Source: Candidatus Saccharimonadota bacterium
GTDB lineage: Bacteria; Patescibacteriota; Gracilibacteria; BD1-5; UBA6164
DNA: 32,000 nt
Reading direction: 5' to 3'
Assembly (NCBI GenBank): GCA_965229705.1
Contig: OZ245922.1
Location: 720,001 to 752,000, forward strand
Positions 9,788-19,310 of the stretch are shown piece after piece (the stretch's first letter is position 1; each line of letters begins with the position of its first letter). The position numbers and the translations under genes were made by a program. The notes beneath the pieces were generated by a model. That model was not told the origin of the DNA and ran no database searches. It was given only the letters and a program-made list of their open reading frames with translations.

Positions 9788-12004
9788 CTATCTCTGAATA
9801 GGGATAACAACAAGATTTCCTTCACAGCCATTTTTCATCGTTGCATAGATAGCTCCTGACACTTCATCATAATAGGCATTTTTGAGCTGCATCGCTCCTG
9901 CAAGCTCGAGAGACATATCCACAGAACCGTCTGTTCCTTGTCCTGTAAGAATATGCAGTCTCTTTGTCAGTAGAGCTTGATCTGCTCTTACAAGTTCCTC
10001 CATCACTTCTACTACTGATCCCTCTATACCTTGAGACATATTCTCCTCAAGTTTTTTTCGTCCATCAGGTGTTTTGAGAGTGTGAGAAATATCTGCGTGT
10101 CATCGACCAAAGGTATCTGGAAATGTTGCAAGATGTGTTGCAAATCTTCCTGATCCATGGTACAGAGCATCTGTGAGAGCTTTTTCAGTGTCTGTATAGT
10201 CTCCTTTCCCTTCTGCCATAATTGCTTCAAGAAGTTGTTGTGCAAATGGAGTTTTTCCCAGATTCATTTCCTGGAGTTTGAGAACGATATACTGAGCGTT
10301 CGCGTTTCGTTCATCGGCACTCACTGTTTCTCCCGTATATGTTTTTGCTATCTCTGATAACTTATTTAGAACTAGTGGTTGAATTCTTCAGTCAATAAGT
10401 TCTCTAAGAGTTGCTAAATCAGCATTTATTGCTTCTGCCTTTGCTGGTGCTTCGCTCTCAAGTCTTGCTGTGAGACTTTCGGTATCCTGCGCTGTGACAT
10501 ATGACGAAAGGAGAGAGATAGCCTTTTGAGGATCATTTGCTATAGCATTTCTCATTCGTATTTTTGTGATGCCTGTTTTTGGATCGATATTAAATCCCTC
10601 TTGAAGAGCCGTCTTCACTCCCTCATCTGACTGCATATATATCTCTATCATTTTGGAAGCAAGTCGGGCTTTTTCGAGGTTGTTTCTCGCTGCCTCTCTT
10701 GCACTATTTGCACTCTCAAACTCGCTTGTTTTAGTAGCAAATTCAGATGCTGCAGCAGTATGTACTTCTCTGAGACGCTCAAGTTCAGCATCATATTCAT
10801 CTTTCGCTGTTTGTGCAGTTGTAACAGCTGCTTCTGCATCTTCAAGAGCTGTTTGTGCAGCTGTGAGAGCTGCTTCTGCAGTTGTGAGAGCGTCTTCTGC
10901 ATCTTCAAGAGCTGTTTCTGCATCTGCTAAAACCTCTTCTGCTTCATGAAAACCAGCTCTTATACCATACCTATTCAATATATCGTCTCTATTTTTTTGT
11001 GCGCCATTTTTCTCTTGTTGTGCTGCTTCGAAATCTTCTTTTGCTGCTGTAAGAGCTGCTTCTGCATCTGCAAGATTTGCTTCTGCAGTTGCGACAGCTG
11101 CTTCTGCATCTGCGAGAGCTGTTTCTACTCCATTTTCATCGTTTTTTGTATTATGCGCAGCTTCTGCAGATTCTACTGCTTGTGTAGCTGCAGCTAAAGC
11201 ACTGTCTGCAGCTTCGAAAGCCTCTTGCGCTTGACTATATACATCTTCTAATGCTGAAAGATTCGACTCATCTTGTTTTTGTATTTCTGCTAAGAACGCC
11301 TCTTGTGTTGATCCACCCATAATTCCATCAACTCCATCATTGTTTCCCTTGAGTTCATACCCAAGTGTTTTTAGAGCTGTTTGAAGCTTTTCTACTTTTT
11401 CTTCATTGTCCCAGTTTGCCTCAGCATCAAAAGCAGCTACTACCTCCTGAGCTGCAGTTTTTTCTTCTTCAGCTGCTTTTTCTGCTGCTTCAGCTGCTGC
11501 TCTCTCTGCCTGGATTTCTGCTATCTTTGCACTAAGAGCTGCATTAGTTGCGTCAATAAGTTTTGTCATAATTTCGGGAGTAATAACTCCTCCATCATAG
11601 TCAGGTACGATAGAGCTTATCGCTGTCTTTGTCTTCCCTCCTATACGACCATCTATTCCTCACTCAAGAGTTCTTCCCTGAGAAAGCTCATGCAAGTGTA
11701 CTATAAACTGAACCGTTTTTTGCTGTGTCATCTTAGGATTATCTCGCGAAGAGTCTGGAGCTATATCTCAGAGTTCGCTTGCTATGTCAGCTTGAAGAGC
11801 GAGTCTCTCACCCATCTTCTCAAAAATGGTTTCCTGTATCTCTGCTGGAAGCTCTGAGAGATCTTGGATTTCTGAGAGATTGAGAGATTCATCTTGTAGA
11901 GCGTCAACTACGGTATCTGCTTGATCTGTAGGAGTATCTGGAGCGTTTGCAAGTGTCAAACACATACAAAAGAGTGTTTGCGTATTTTTTATAAAACTGA
12001 ACAT
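9788..12004 (-). CDS. Secreted coiled-coil surface protein with peptidoglycan-binding-like motifs, paralog 2 (738 aa)
   Basis: Signal peptide MFSFIKNTQTLFCMCLTLANA. PG_binding_1-like motif (VEKLQTALKTLGYELKGNNDGVDGIMGGSTQEA). A long Ala/Glu-rich heptad-like region. The C-terminal block is homologous to paralog 1. Track ORFs 9788..10039, 10100..10324, 10388..11569 and 11768..12004 are in one frame and joined by TGA. Stop TAG at 9788-9790. Confidence 0.8.
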
Positions 12005-12127
12005 ATATATATATGTTTAAAAATTAAGTGTGTTTTTGTCCTTGAACAAAATAACACATATATCGTACCATATCTCAAAACAAAAATGCAAAGATAAAGA
12101 ATTGACAAATATATAAAATATTTTTTT
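12005..12127 (-). promoter_or_regulatory. Conserved upstream region/leader of paralog 2 (duplicate of 9452-9571)
   Basis: The 49-bp block at 12025-12073 is identical to 9471-9519. It has the same candidate promoter: TTGCAT (12086-12091), 18-nt spacer, TACGAT (12062-12067). It also carries the same leader hairpin. Confidence 0.5.
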
Positions 12128-12165
12128 ATCTGAAAGTTGTTTTCGTTTCTGAATTTTTAGAAAAT

Positions 12166-12317
12166 TCTGAGAAAGTCCTTTTTTCTCTATTTTCAAAAAA
12201 AAGAGAAGAATCTATTTTCCCCTCCCTTACCAAGGGAGGCCTTAGGGGAGGGTTATATATTTTAGAGATGGCTCGGTAGAGCCAGATTAGATTTGAGAAT
12301 TTTTGTTTTTCTCAGAG
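12166..12317. repeat. Composite intergenic repeat, copy D
   Basis: Starts TCTGAGAAAG and ends TTTCTCAGAG, which are inverted termini. Contains the GAGAAAGTCCTTTTTTCTCTATTTTCAAAA module (also at 23001-23030). Contains a CT/GA hairpin CCTCCCTT-acc-AAGGGAGG at 12221-12239. Contains AGAGATGGCTCGGTAGAGCCAGA...AATTTTTGTTTTTCTCAGAG, which is homologous to 23164-23219. Confidence 0.8.
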
Positions 12318-12334
12318 CAGATTGAAGAGAGTTG

Positions 12335-12368
12335 AAAAAGCCCCTCTCCCGAGTGGGAGAGGGGCTTT
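12335..12368 (-). terminator. Rho-independent terminator after the LPXTG protein gene
   Basis: Stem CCCCTCTCCC/GGGAGAGGGG (12341-12350 / 12355-12364) with loop GAGT. In the minus sense it is followed by UUUUU. It is homologous to the 9731-9762 terminator. Confidence 0.8.
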
Positions 12369-12409
12369 GTGAGGATTTATCCTAAAAGTATTTATGTTCC
12401 TATAATAGG

Positions 12410-13117
12410 CTACTTTCTCGCTCGAAACTTGAGAAATCCAAAACCAAGCATCAGCGCGACAACTATGAGTAACACATGTTCTGCTCCTGTATCTGGGAGC
12501 TGCTCTGGTGTTTGTGATAACATTTGTTCTGCTCCTGTATTCATTGAACCATCATGAGGTCAGGCAGCATCAAACTTCACACAACTCCTCTGAGATGTTG
12601 CATCAAGCTCTACTTCATCATTTTCGACATTATGCACGGCAAGATCATACATCAAGAGACCTATTGGTGTTCCAGCATCTACCGAGCTCGAGCTCAACTG
12701 ATAGGCACTCCCAAGACTCGACTCTATCCACATCACACTCTCACCTGTAGGAAGAAGATACCCAAGATTGTCTTCATCATACAGATTTTCCAGTGTTTCC
12801 GTATATTGCCAAAAATCAATACTATCACTTGCCTTGAGCTCTGTCCATGTTGCTCCTGAGAGAGGCATCATCTGTGGCATATCTTGTTCTTCTTTGAACA
12901 TAATTTGATCGCGAGTATCAGCATTTTGCCATGTATCACTGAGAAGTCATTTATTGTCTCCTACATGAACACTTCCTCCGTGAAAACACTGACTACAACT
13001 GTTTTCTGAAAAAACATTTTCCGTCTCACATGAGACCATATCATAAGCTGCGTAAGAGCTAAAACTTGTAAACATCAAGCAACTCATTGTACAAAAAGAA
13101 AGAACTATAGATTTCAT
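12410..13117 (-). CDS. LPXTG-anchored cell-surface protein (235 aa)
   Basis: Signal peptide MKSIVLSFCTMSCLMFTSFSSYA. The C-terminus is LPDTG, then a hydrophobic stretch (AEHVLLIVVALMLGFGFL), then a basic tail (KFRARK). This is the classical sortase sorting signal. Track ORF 12560..12901 is extended through TGA on both sides. Stop TAG at 12410-12412. Confidence 0.75.
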
Positions 13118-13177
13118 AGAAATGTTAATAAAATGTTAAAAGACGCCTTTGATACTATAAAAAGCAAAGACGAAGTC

Positions 13178-13205
13178 AAAAAAAAGCTCTCAAAGAGAGT
13201 CTTTT
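13178..13205 (-). terminator. Possible terminator after yidC
   Basis: Short stem CUCUC/GAGAG with a 3-nt loop, followed in the minus sense by a run of 8 U. A TTGACT-N16-TAGTAT promoter-like sequence for the LPXTG gene follows. Confidence 0.4.
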
Positions 13206-13210
13206 CTTAT

Positions 13211-14380
13211 TTACCTTTTTACAATTTTATTTACAAATATTTGTTGAACTATGGCGAAAAGTGTGGATATTCCCCAATAGACTCAGACACCTGCAATGAG
13301 GGTATAGGTAAATACCATTACCATTGCTGGCATTCCGTAGAGCATAAACTTATTCATCATCTCCGGATCTGGCATAAGAGAGTGGTATTCTTGTTCGTTT
13401 TTTTTCTTTTCGAGTACGAGTCAGTCTGACTGAGGAGTGTTTGCTGAATGAAAACTCAAAGAGAGCTTGACCTGAATATATTGTATGAGTCATACTCCAA
13501 GAGCTAAGAGAATACCCGTGAGACCCCCAGCTACGAGCAGATCAATACCAAAGAAGTGAAACTCTATTTGGCTGGTATGAAAATCTCCAAGAAGAGGATA
13601 GAGATAAAACTCGTTTTGCCGTGAAGTAATATGAAGAATAATATTATACATCACTATAAGTATGGGCATTTGTATGAGGAGGAGACCACACGATCCAAGA
13701 GGATTTACTCACTCTTTCTTGTATAACTTCATGAGCTCCATACCCATAGCTTGTTGATCTCACTTATATTTTTCTTGGAGTTTTTTCACTTTTGGCTGAA
13801 TTGCCTGCATCTTTCTTTGTGAAACCATCATCTTGTGCTGCGGGTAGAGAAGAAGTATACGTATTACGACTGTTACTGCTACTATTGCCCATCCAAGAGA
13901 ATTTCAAAAAAGCTGTATAAAAAACACCAAAAGGTTGTATGTAGGAGCGTAAAAGAGTCCGACAAATATCTTCCCCAAGGTACTCCTATATCTCACTTCT
14001 GTTTGTTCGAGCCACTTTTTTTCTCATAGCTCAAACTCAAAGGTATATGTCCCTGTCTCTTGAAAAAGCGTATAATACGAAGAAAAATTTATCTCTGCTT
14101 GTTCCCCCGTTTCAAGGCGATACTCTTGACAGAGATCTTGCGGAAACTCGAGAACCTCTCCCTGAAATCTCACAGAAATATCACGACAACTCTCAAAAAT
14201 GAGGTCCTCACTCTCAGAGTTTTGTATATTGATCATGACTCCAGCAGGGATCGTATAAGACTTTTGTGAAAGTTCAAAAGAAACTCCCTTTTGTTCTTGC
14301 TGTTCTTGTTTTCCACTAAAGTAGGAAAAAAGGAGAAAAAACAAGAGAGTAAAAATGAGTATGTCTAAGTATTTTTTCAT
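13211..14380 (-). CDS. yidC: Membrane protein insertase YidC
   Basis: Track ORF 14024..14380 continues through TGA into YidC core motifs: WAIVAVTVVIRILLLYP, KMQAIQPKVKKLQEKYKGDQQAMGMELMKLYKKEGVNPLGSCGLLLIQMPIL. 389 aa, stop TAA at 13211-13213. The gene order rpmH-rnpA-yidC is classical. Confidence 0.9.
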
Positions 14381-14712
14381 AGTTTTGTATCAAATATAAA
14401 GTCGACTTCTTTGAGAATGCTTGCTGGAGAAATACCAGGTTTTGAGAGCTTTGTGCGAGACTTGATCAGGCAAACAATATCTCTGCCTCAAGGAAATATG
14501 CGTGAACGCATACTGTCATAAAATGCTCTTCTATAAGCATTTCTCTCTACAGCGCTACTCACAGATTTTCCAGAAATCACTATGGCAAAGCGATTGTAGG
14601 AAAGTCTGTTTTTTCAGATATTTATCACCAAATTATAAGAAAAAAAAGGTCTCCCTTTATGTAAAACCTTTTTTACTTCTCGCTCTTTGAGTCTGTATTT
14701 TTTCCCTATCAT
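14365..14712 (-). CDS. rnpA: Ribonuclease P protein component
   Basis: MIGKKYRLKEREVKKVLHKGRPFFSYNLVINIGKNRLSYNRFAIVISGKSVSSAVERNAYRRAFYDSMRS matches the RnpA pattern. It lies between rpmH and yidC. The TGA of the ATGA overlap with the yidC start is read through for 3 more codons to TAG at 14365-14367. Confidence 0.8.
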
Positions 14713-14732
14713 ATTCTGGAGAGCATCTCTCA

Positions 14733-14975
14733 TTACTTTCTCTTTATATAATTTCCTTTTCCATCAAAAGGTGATTTTCGCGCTGTTCCTCCAGCGATAA
14801 TGTGCATTTTCGCTTTCCCGTTTATTTCTTGGTATCTTTTTGGATAGCTGACTGTGAGCTGATGTCGCCCTTTTCTTCGTCTATTTTTGAGAATCTTCCG
14901 TCCTGAAACACTGGCACTTCTTTTGAGAAATCCATGAACTCTGAGTCTTTTTCGTTTCTTGAGTTTTCCAAGCAT
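14733..14975 (-). CDS. rpmH: 50S ribosomal protein L34 with an unusual C-terminal extension of about 37 aa
   Basis: KKRKRLRVHGFLKRSASVSGRKILKNRRRKGRHQLTVS is the L34 signature. The ORF contains no TGA and continues YPKRYQEINGKAKMHIIAGGTARKSPFDGKGNYIKRK to TAA at 14733-14735. Confidence 0.8.
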   Translation of the reverse strand: MLGKLKKRKRLRVHGFLKRSASVSGRKILKNRRRKGRHQLTVSYPKRYQEINGKAKMHIIAGGTARKSPFDGKGNYIKRK

Positions 14976-15014
14976 AATCTTCCTGTAAAAATCTAATGTG
15001 TAAAAAGCTGGCGA

Positions 15015-15042
15015 ATTCTATTGCAAAAAGGGTCTTTGTCAA
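15015..15042 (-). promoter_or_regulatory. Sigma70-type promoter for rpmH-rnpA-yidC
   Basis: In the minus sense: TTGACA (15037-15042), 16-nt spacer, TAGAAT (15015-15020). It sits about 40 nt upstream of the rpmH ATG. Confidence 0.55.
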
Positions 15043-15067
15043 AAATTTTTATCCTATTTTGTGATTT

Positions 15068-15760
15068 TTATCCTATTTTGCTTGCCGATGATAAAATATG
15101 CTCTATGCCAAGAGAATAATTATGTCCTTCTAGTGAAGTTACATAGATTGGTAGAGTGTTATCTCTTGCCATAATCACGGCTGTTTGATCAAGTATTGTG
15201 AGGTTTTGTCTGATTACATCATCGTAGGATATTTGTGCGTACCTTTTTGCTTGAGGATTTTTTAGGGGATCGCTCTCATATACGCCGTCTACCTTTGTGA
15301 GCTTGATCATGGCGTCACAGTGCAGCTCAAGAGATCTGAGTACGCCCGTTGTATCTGTCGTAAAAAAAGGACTTCCCGTTCCCGATGTACATATCACGAT
15401 ACTTCATTTTTGCAGATATTCATGAGCCTTATTAGCATTATAAGGTTCAAGAAAATCAATATGAAGCGCATCCATGATATATGTTGTGATGCCCCGTTTT
15501 TCGAGGAAGTGTTTCATAGTTGTTCCATTGAAAACTGTAGAAAGCATACTCATATTATGAGAATCTCCCGAAGGAAGTCCGGCGTCAATGAGTTTTGATC
15601 CTCTGTATATATTTCCTCATCAAAAGACTATGACTATCTTGACTCCGCTCTGATGAAGATCGTATATATTCTTTGCGAGCACGTCAGCCTTATGAGTATC
15701 TATTGATCACATTTCTCCACTGAGAGACTCTCACGAAATTTTTAAAAGAATGGTTTTCAT
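15068..15760 (-). CDS. pyrH: UMP kinase
   Basis: MKTILLKISGESLSG..., IVIVFGGGNIYRG and GTGSPFFTTDTTGVLRSLEL motifs. The tandem TGA-TGA at 15617-15622 supplies the first two Gly of the invariant GGGN. 230 aa. Track ORF 15068..15397 is the C-terminal fragment. Confidence 0.9.
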
Positions 15761-15766
15761 GCCCTA

Positions 15767-16819
15767 CTAAGATGTTATAACGTCTTTCATCAGCGTATCT
15801 GCAATATCTGCTGATGGGAACTCTCTCTCTTTGAGCTGAGTATTTTTTTCACGAATATTTTCTGAGCTGACTCCTGTTCCTTTTTCGAGAAAGTATTTTG
15901 CATATAGGCTTTTCTTAATATCAACATAATGACGCTCATATATATACGATGTTCCCTCTAGACGCAAAACATTGTAACTCAAGCCTGTTTCTCATACAGG
16001 ACGACAGGTATTCCAATAATACCAGCTACTGATTCGCTCGGAAAGAAAGTCTGTGAGTCATTCACAACCTGTGAGCTCTATAGTAGTTTCTCTTTGTATC
16101 TCTATACCCTTGAGTCCTGTGTAGCTAATCGTTGATTCTCAGAGTTTTATTGGTTCTCCATACACACTCGATTTTGGGAGTTCAAGTGAGATGAGGTTAT
16201 CTTCTTCTCAGAGGATCATTGCCTCCTCACCTTGTGAGATATTTTCTTGTGGCTTTATAATCGTGATTTTTGCTTTTGAGATTCCGTCTTGGGTCTTTGC
16301 AGTAAATATATACTCATTAACTCCATAATCGAGGACTTGGTATTTTGAACTGGCTCTATAGAGGAAGTTTGTGTCTCATTTCTGAAACTTTTGTAGGGTA
16401 TAGTTATCATCAGGATAATCAGATGTCACATTTGAAAACTCCACACTCACACTCTCTGTCTCTTGAGAGAGGGTTCATCGTATCTCTAACTCATCGCTTG
16501 CAAGAATCTTTTCAGCAGAAAGCATAGAAAACGAAAATATATCCTCTCAAGAAAGAAGTTCTACCGTCATGTATTCCTCTTGTTGTATTTCTTGTGGAGT
16601 GGTATTAGTAGGTTTTATACCTACTTCTATTTGCTTTTCAGCAGGTTCTTGGTCAGTAGAATTATCTACCTCATCACTTTGTGATACTTCTAGTGTTTCA
16701 CGAATAACACCAAGGTCTTGTTTTGCTTTTTCTATATCACTTTGTGTATTTTGTGACTGAAAATTGTATATCAAGATCAGTACTCAGAATATTAGTATCA
16801 TCCATAAAAGATTTTTCAT
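15767..16819 (-). CDS. Membrane-anchored hypothetical protein (350 aa)
   Basis: N-terminal TM segment (MKNLLWMILIFGVLILIY) followed by an acidic linker. Track ORFs 15767..15982 and 16547..16774 are in one frame and joined through TGAs. The stop is 6 nt upstream of the pyrH start. Confidence 0.6.
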
Positions 16820-16851
16820 AAGCATATTTTAAAAAATAAAGGTCTGTATGA

Positions 16852-16881
16852 ATTATACTTTGAGTATATTCTGCTTTGCAA
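16852..16881 (-). promoter_or_regulatory. Candidate promoter for CDS 15767..16819 and pyrH
   Basis: In the minus sense: TTGCAA (16876-16881), 18-nt spacer, perfect TATAAT (16852-16857). Confidence 0.4.
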
Positions 16882-17013
16882 AAAAGTAAAAAAAGTCTCA
16901 AAATTTGATGTCGTCTAAATACAAAAAGATGAAAAAATGAGTTCCAAATTTGAACGTCATGGAAAGATCCAGAGTTTTAAGCAGGTTCTGAAAAATAGAA
17001 AAATCTTGCGAGA

Positions 17014-17080
17014 GAGACCGGTCTCAATTCCTTGAAATAAGTAACTCGAGACCGGTCTCGAGAAAACAAAAAGGACTTTC
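17014..17080. repeat. Intergenic palindrome-pair repeat, copy C
   Basis: GAGACCGGTCTC at 17014-17025 and 17048-17059 flank a 22-bp core at 17026-17047. They are followed by GAGAAAACAAAAAGGACTTTC. The element lies immediately downstream of the rnj stop, where it may act as a terminator. Confidence 0.85.
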
Positions 17081-17092
17081 AAAAATCCACTC

Positions 17093-19006
17093 TTACACCT
17101 CCACTATAATCGGAATAATCATTGGTTCTCTATTGATTTTCTTGAGAAGATACTGTTCAAGGTCTGTACGGATAATCTTGAGGAGATCTTTTTCTTCCAT
17201 ATCGGGAACATTTTTTACCGTATTTTCAAAACTTTCTCGAGATTTTTTGATAATCGCTCTATGAATAGTTCGCACTTCATCAATATACACGAGTCCTCGC
17301 GTTTCTAGCTTGATATGTCACAAAATAGCCTTGGATTTTTTATCCACTTTATATGTTACAACCAAGACTCAGGCATTCATCATCTTTTCACGAGCCTGCA
17401 ATACATGACTCCCCATCAAACCCATACCATGCCCATCAACCAAATACTCTTGAATGGGAACGCGTATTTTCGAACGAAATACTGAACCATTTGGTGCAAA
17501 GTCTATGATATGTCCATTATCCAGGAGAAGGACATTTGTCTCTTTTATTCCCATCGACATAGCCGTTTCAGCATGCCGAGTACGAAAGTAGAGATCTCCA
17601 TAAATTGGCATAAAGTATTTTGGTTTAAAGAGCTTTATAAATATTTTTTGCTCTTCTTGATAGGCATGCCCTGAGGTATGCACAGGTCTGTCTGATTTTG
17701 TAATGATTTTTACTCCGTAGCGAATGAGTTTATTGATAACCATTCCTACCGAACGCTCATTTCCAGGAACAACCGAAGAAGAAAATACTACCGTATCTCC
17801 TGCCTGAATACTCATTGCAGGATGTTGCCCCTCAGCCATTCGATGCAGAGCCGAGTATTCTTCTCCCTGACTCCCAGTAGTGATAATAATCTGCTTATCA
17901 TAAGGAACTGTCTCTGCATTTTTTGCTGTGAGTTTCTTCATGGTTCATGGCTTCATCGTGATATAGCCAAGTTTTTGTGCTATGGCAATATTTTCTACCA
18001 TAGATCGCCCTGAAAGAAATATGTATTTTTCATACTTTTCGGCAATATCTATGAGCTGCTGTACTCGTGATATCCACGAAGAAAAGGCAGCAATTATCAA
18101 ACGCCCCTTTGTATGTTCTGAGACGATTTTTTCAAGCTCTTCTCCAACCTGTTTTTCACTCATAGAAAAACCTTTTGTTGTTGAACCTGTAGAGTCTGCA
18201 AGAAGCATCGAAATTCCTCTATTTCCTATTTTTTCATAGCGTTCAAAATCTGCTGGCTGATCAAGTCGTGGAGTCATATCTATTTTAAAGTCTCATGTAT
18301 GCACAAACTTTGCTCCTCCCTGAGACTCAATATATAGTCCTGCACAGTCAGGTATAGAGTGATTGACAGAAAAAAACTCTACCGAAAACTTTCCTATCTG
18401 TGTCATGTTTTCTCCCCCTGCATCTATCTCAACAAATGTTGCGTAGGGAAGGAGTCCTGCTTCACTAATCGCTTTTTTTACCAGTCCGATTGTGAGCCGA
18501 GTTCCATATAGAGTCGGCATATCCAAAGCTGGTAGAACATCTTTGAGCGCTCCTATATGATCAAGATGAGCATGCGTGATGAGAAACCCTTTGATATTTT
18601 TTGTGTATTTCGTGAGAAATGATACATCAGGAACACTATAATCTGCACCGAGCATCTCTGGTTCTGCAAACTGTACTCCACAGTCAATCAGGAGGATATC
18701 GTCTTCATACTGGAACATTCACATATTTTTTGCTCCTATTTCATTATTTCCTCCGATAGGAATATAGCGAGTATACTTGTCTCTGAGTGTTGGGAGAAAA
18801 AACTTTGTTTCCGGAAACTGTAAAACATTTTTTCCATATTTACTCTGTTTAGGGACATCGTTCTTCTTTCCTGATGAAGCAGGTTTTTTGTCTTGAATTG
18901 GGACTGTCGCCTTTTTTTTCTCTTCTCTTCCTGATCTATCTTCGAGAGAAGGAGATATATCTGAACCTGAAAGTTCCATATCAAGTTCGTCATAAAAATC
19001 TTGCAT
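17093..19006 (-). CDS. rnj: Ribonuclease J (metallo-beta-lactamase / beta-CASP family) with a K/S-rich N-terminal extension
   Basis: Motifs RYIPIGGNNEIGAKNM, LLIDCG, ITHAHLDHIGAL and HTSGHAYQEE. Five track ORFs (17093..17290 through 18719..19066) are all in one frame and separated only by TGA. The likely ATG is at 19004-19006 (MQDFYDEL...). Stop TAA at 17093-17095. Confidence 0.85.
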
Positions 19007-19310
19007 AATAAAAATGATTTTTACAAAAATAAAATATTGAAAACTTTTATAAAGTCTGAAAGTCATGTATAAGTGTTTATACGGGCATCTGCCACTATAA
19101 CTTTATGGGCTCGATAAAAATGGGAGTTATTGAAAAGATCTTTTGAGGGAAGCACGGAAAAATAAGAAATGTGTAAAAACAAGTAGTTCAAGGAAAAACC
19201 AACTTGGCTGAAATAAGCGTACTCTATTGTACGAGTTTGAAGACAATGTTGGATTTTGGCGATGAAATACGAAGTTTTTCCGCATTTCCCGAGATATTTC
19301 TCTTACCCCT

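Noticed and set aside
7259-10039. The similar C-terminal DNA of the two paralogs as a DGR template/variable repeat pair.
   Set aside because: The differences are not confined to adenine positions and are spread over all bases. No reverse transcriptase is present in the window.
8576-11197. Plus-strand or out-of-frame ORFs rich in Cys/Ser/Leu/Phe/Ala or Lys/Gln/Leu: 8576..8965, 10648..10923, 10653..10949 and 10946..11197.
   Set aside because: They are antisense or shifted readings of the GCN/GAR-rich Ala/Glu coiled-coil coding DNA. They are low-complexity artefacts.
12264-12290. GGCTCGGTAGAGCC as a tRNA D-arm or tRNA fragment.
   Set aside because: The loop is only 4 nt. No acceptor, anticodon or T-arm can be built from the flanking sequence.
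15640-15690. A CUGAUGA-containing stretch as a hammerhead ribozyme core.
   Set aside because: It lies inside pyrH coding sequence. No matching GAAA/stem II-III arrangement is present.
16908-17591. A plus-strand ORF of about 228 codons, open under table 25, running from the intergenic region through repeat copy C and antisense to the 3' part of rnj.
   Set aside because: It has no recognisable motifs and crosses a repeat/terminator element. It lies opposite a strongly supported gene. Its openness is explained by rnj codon choice.
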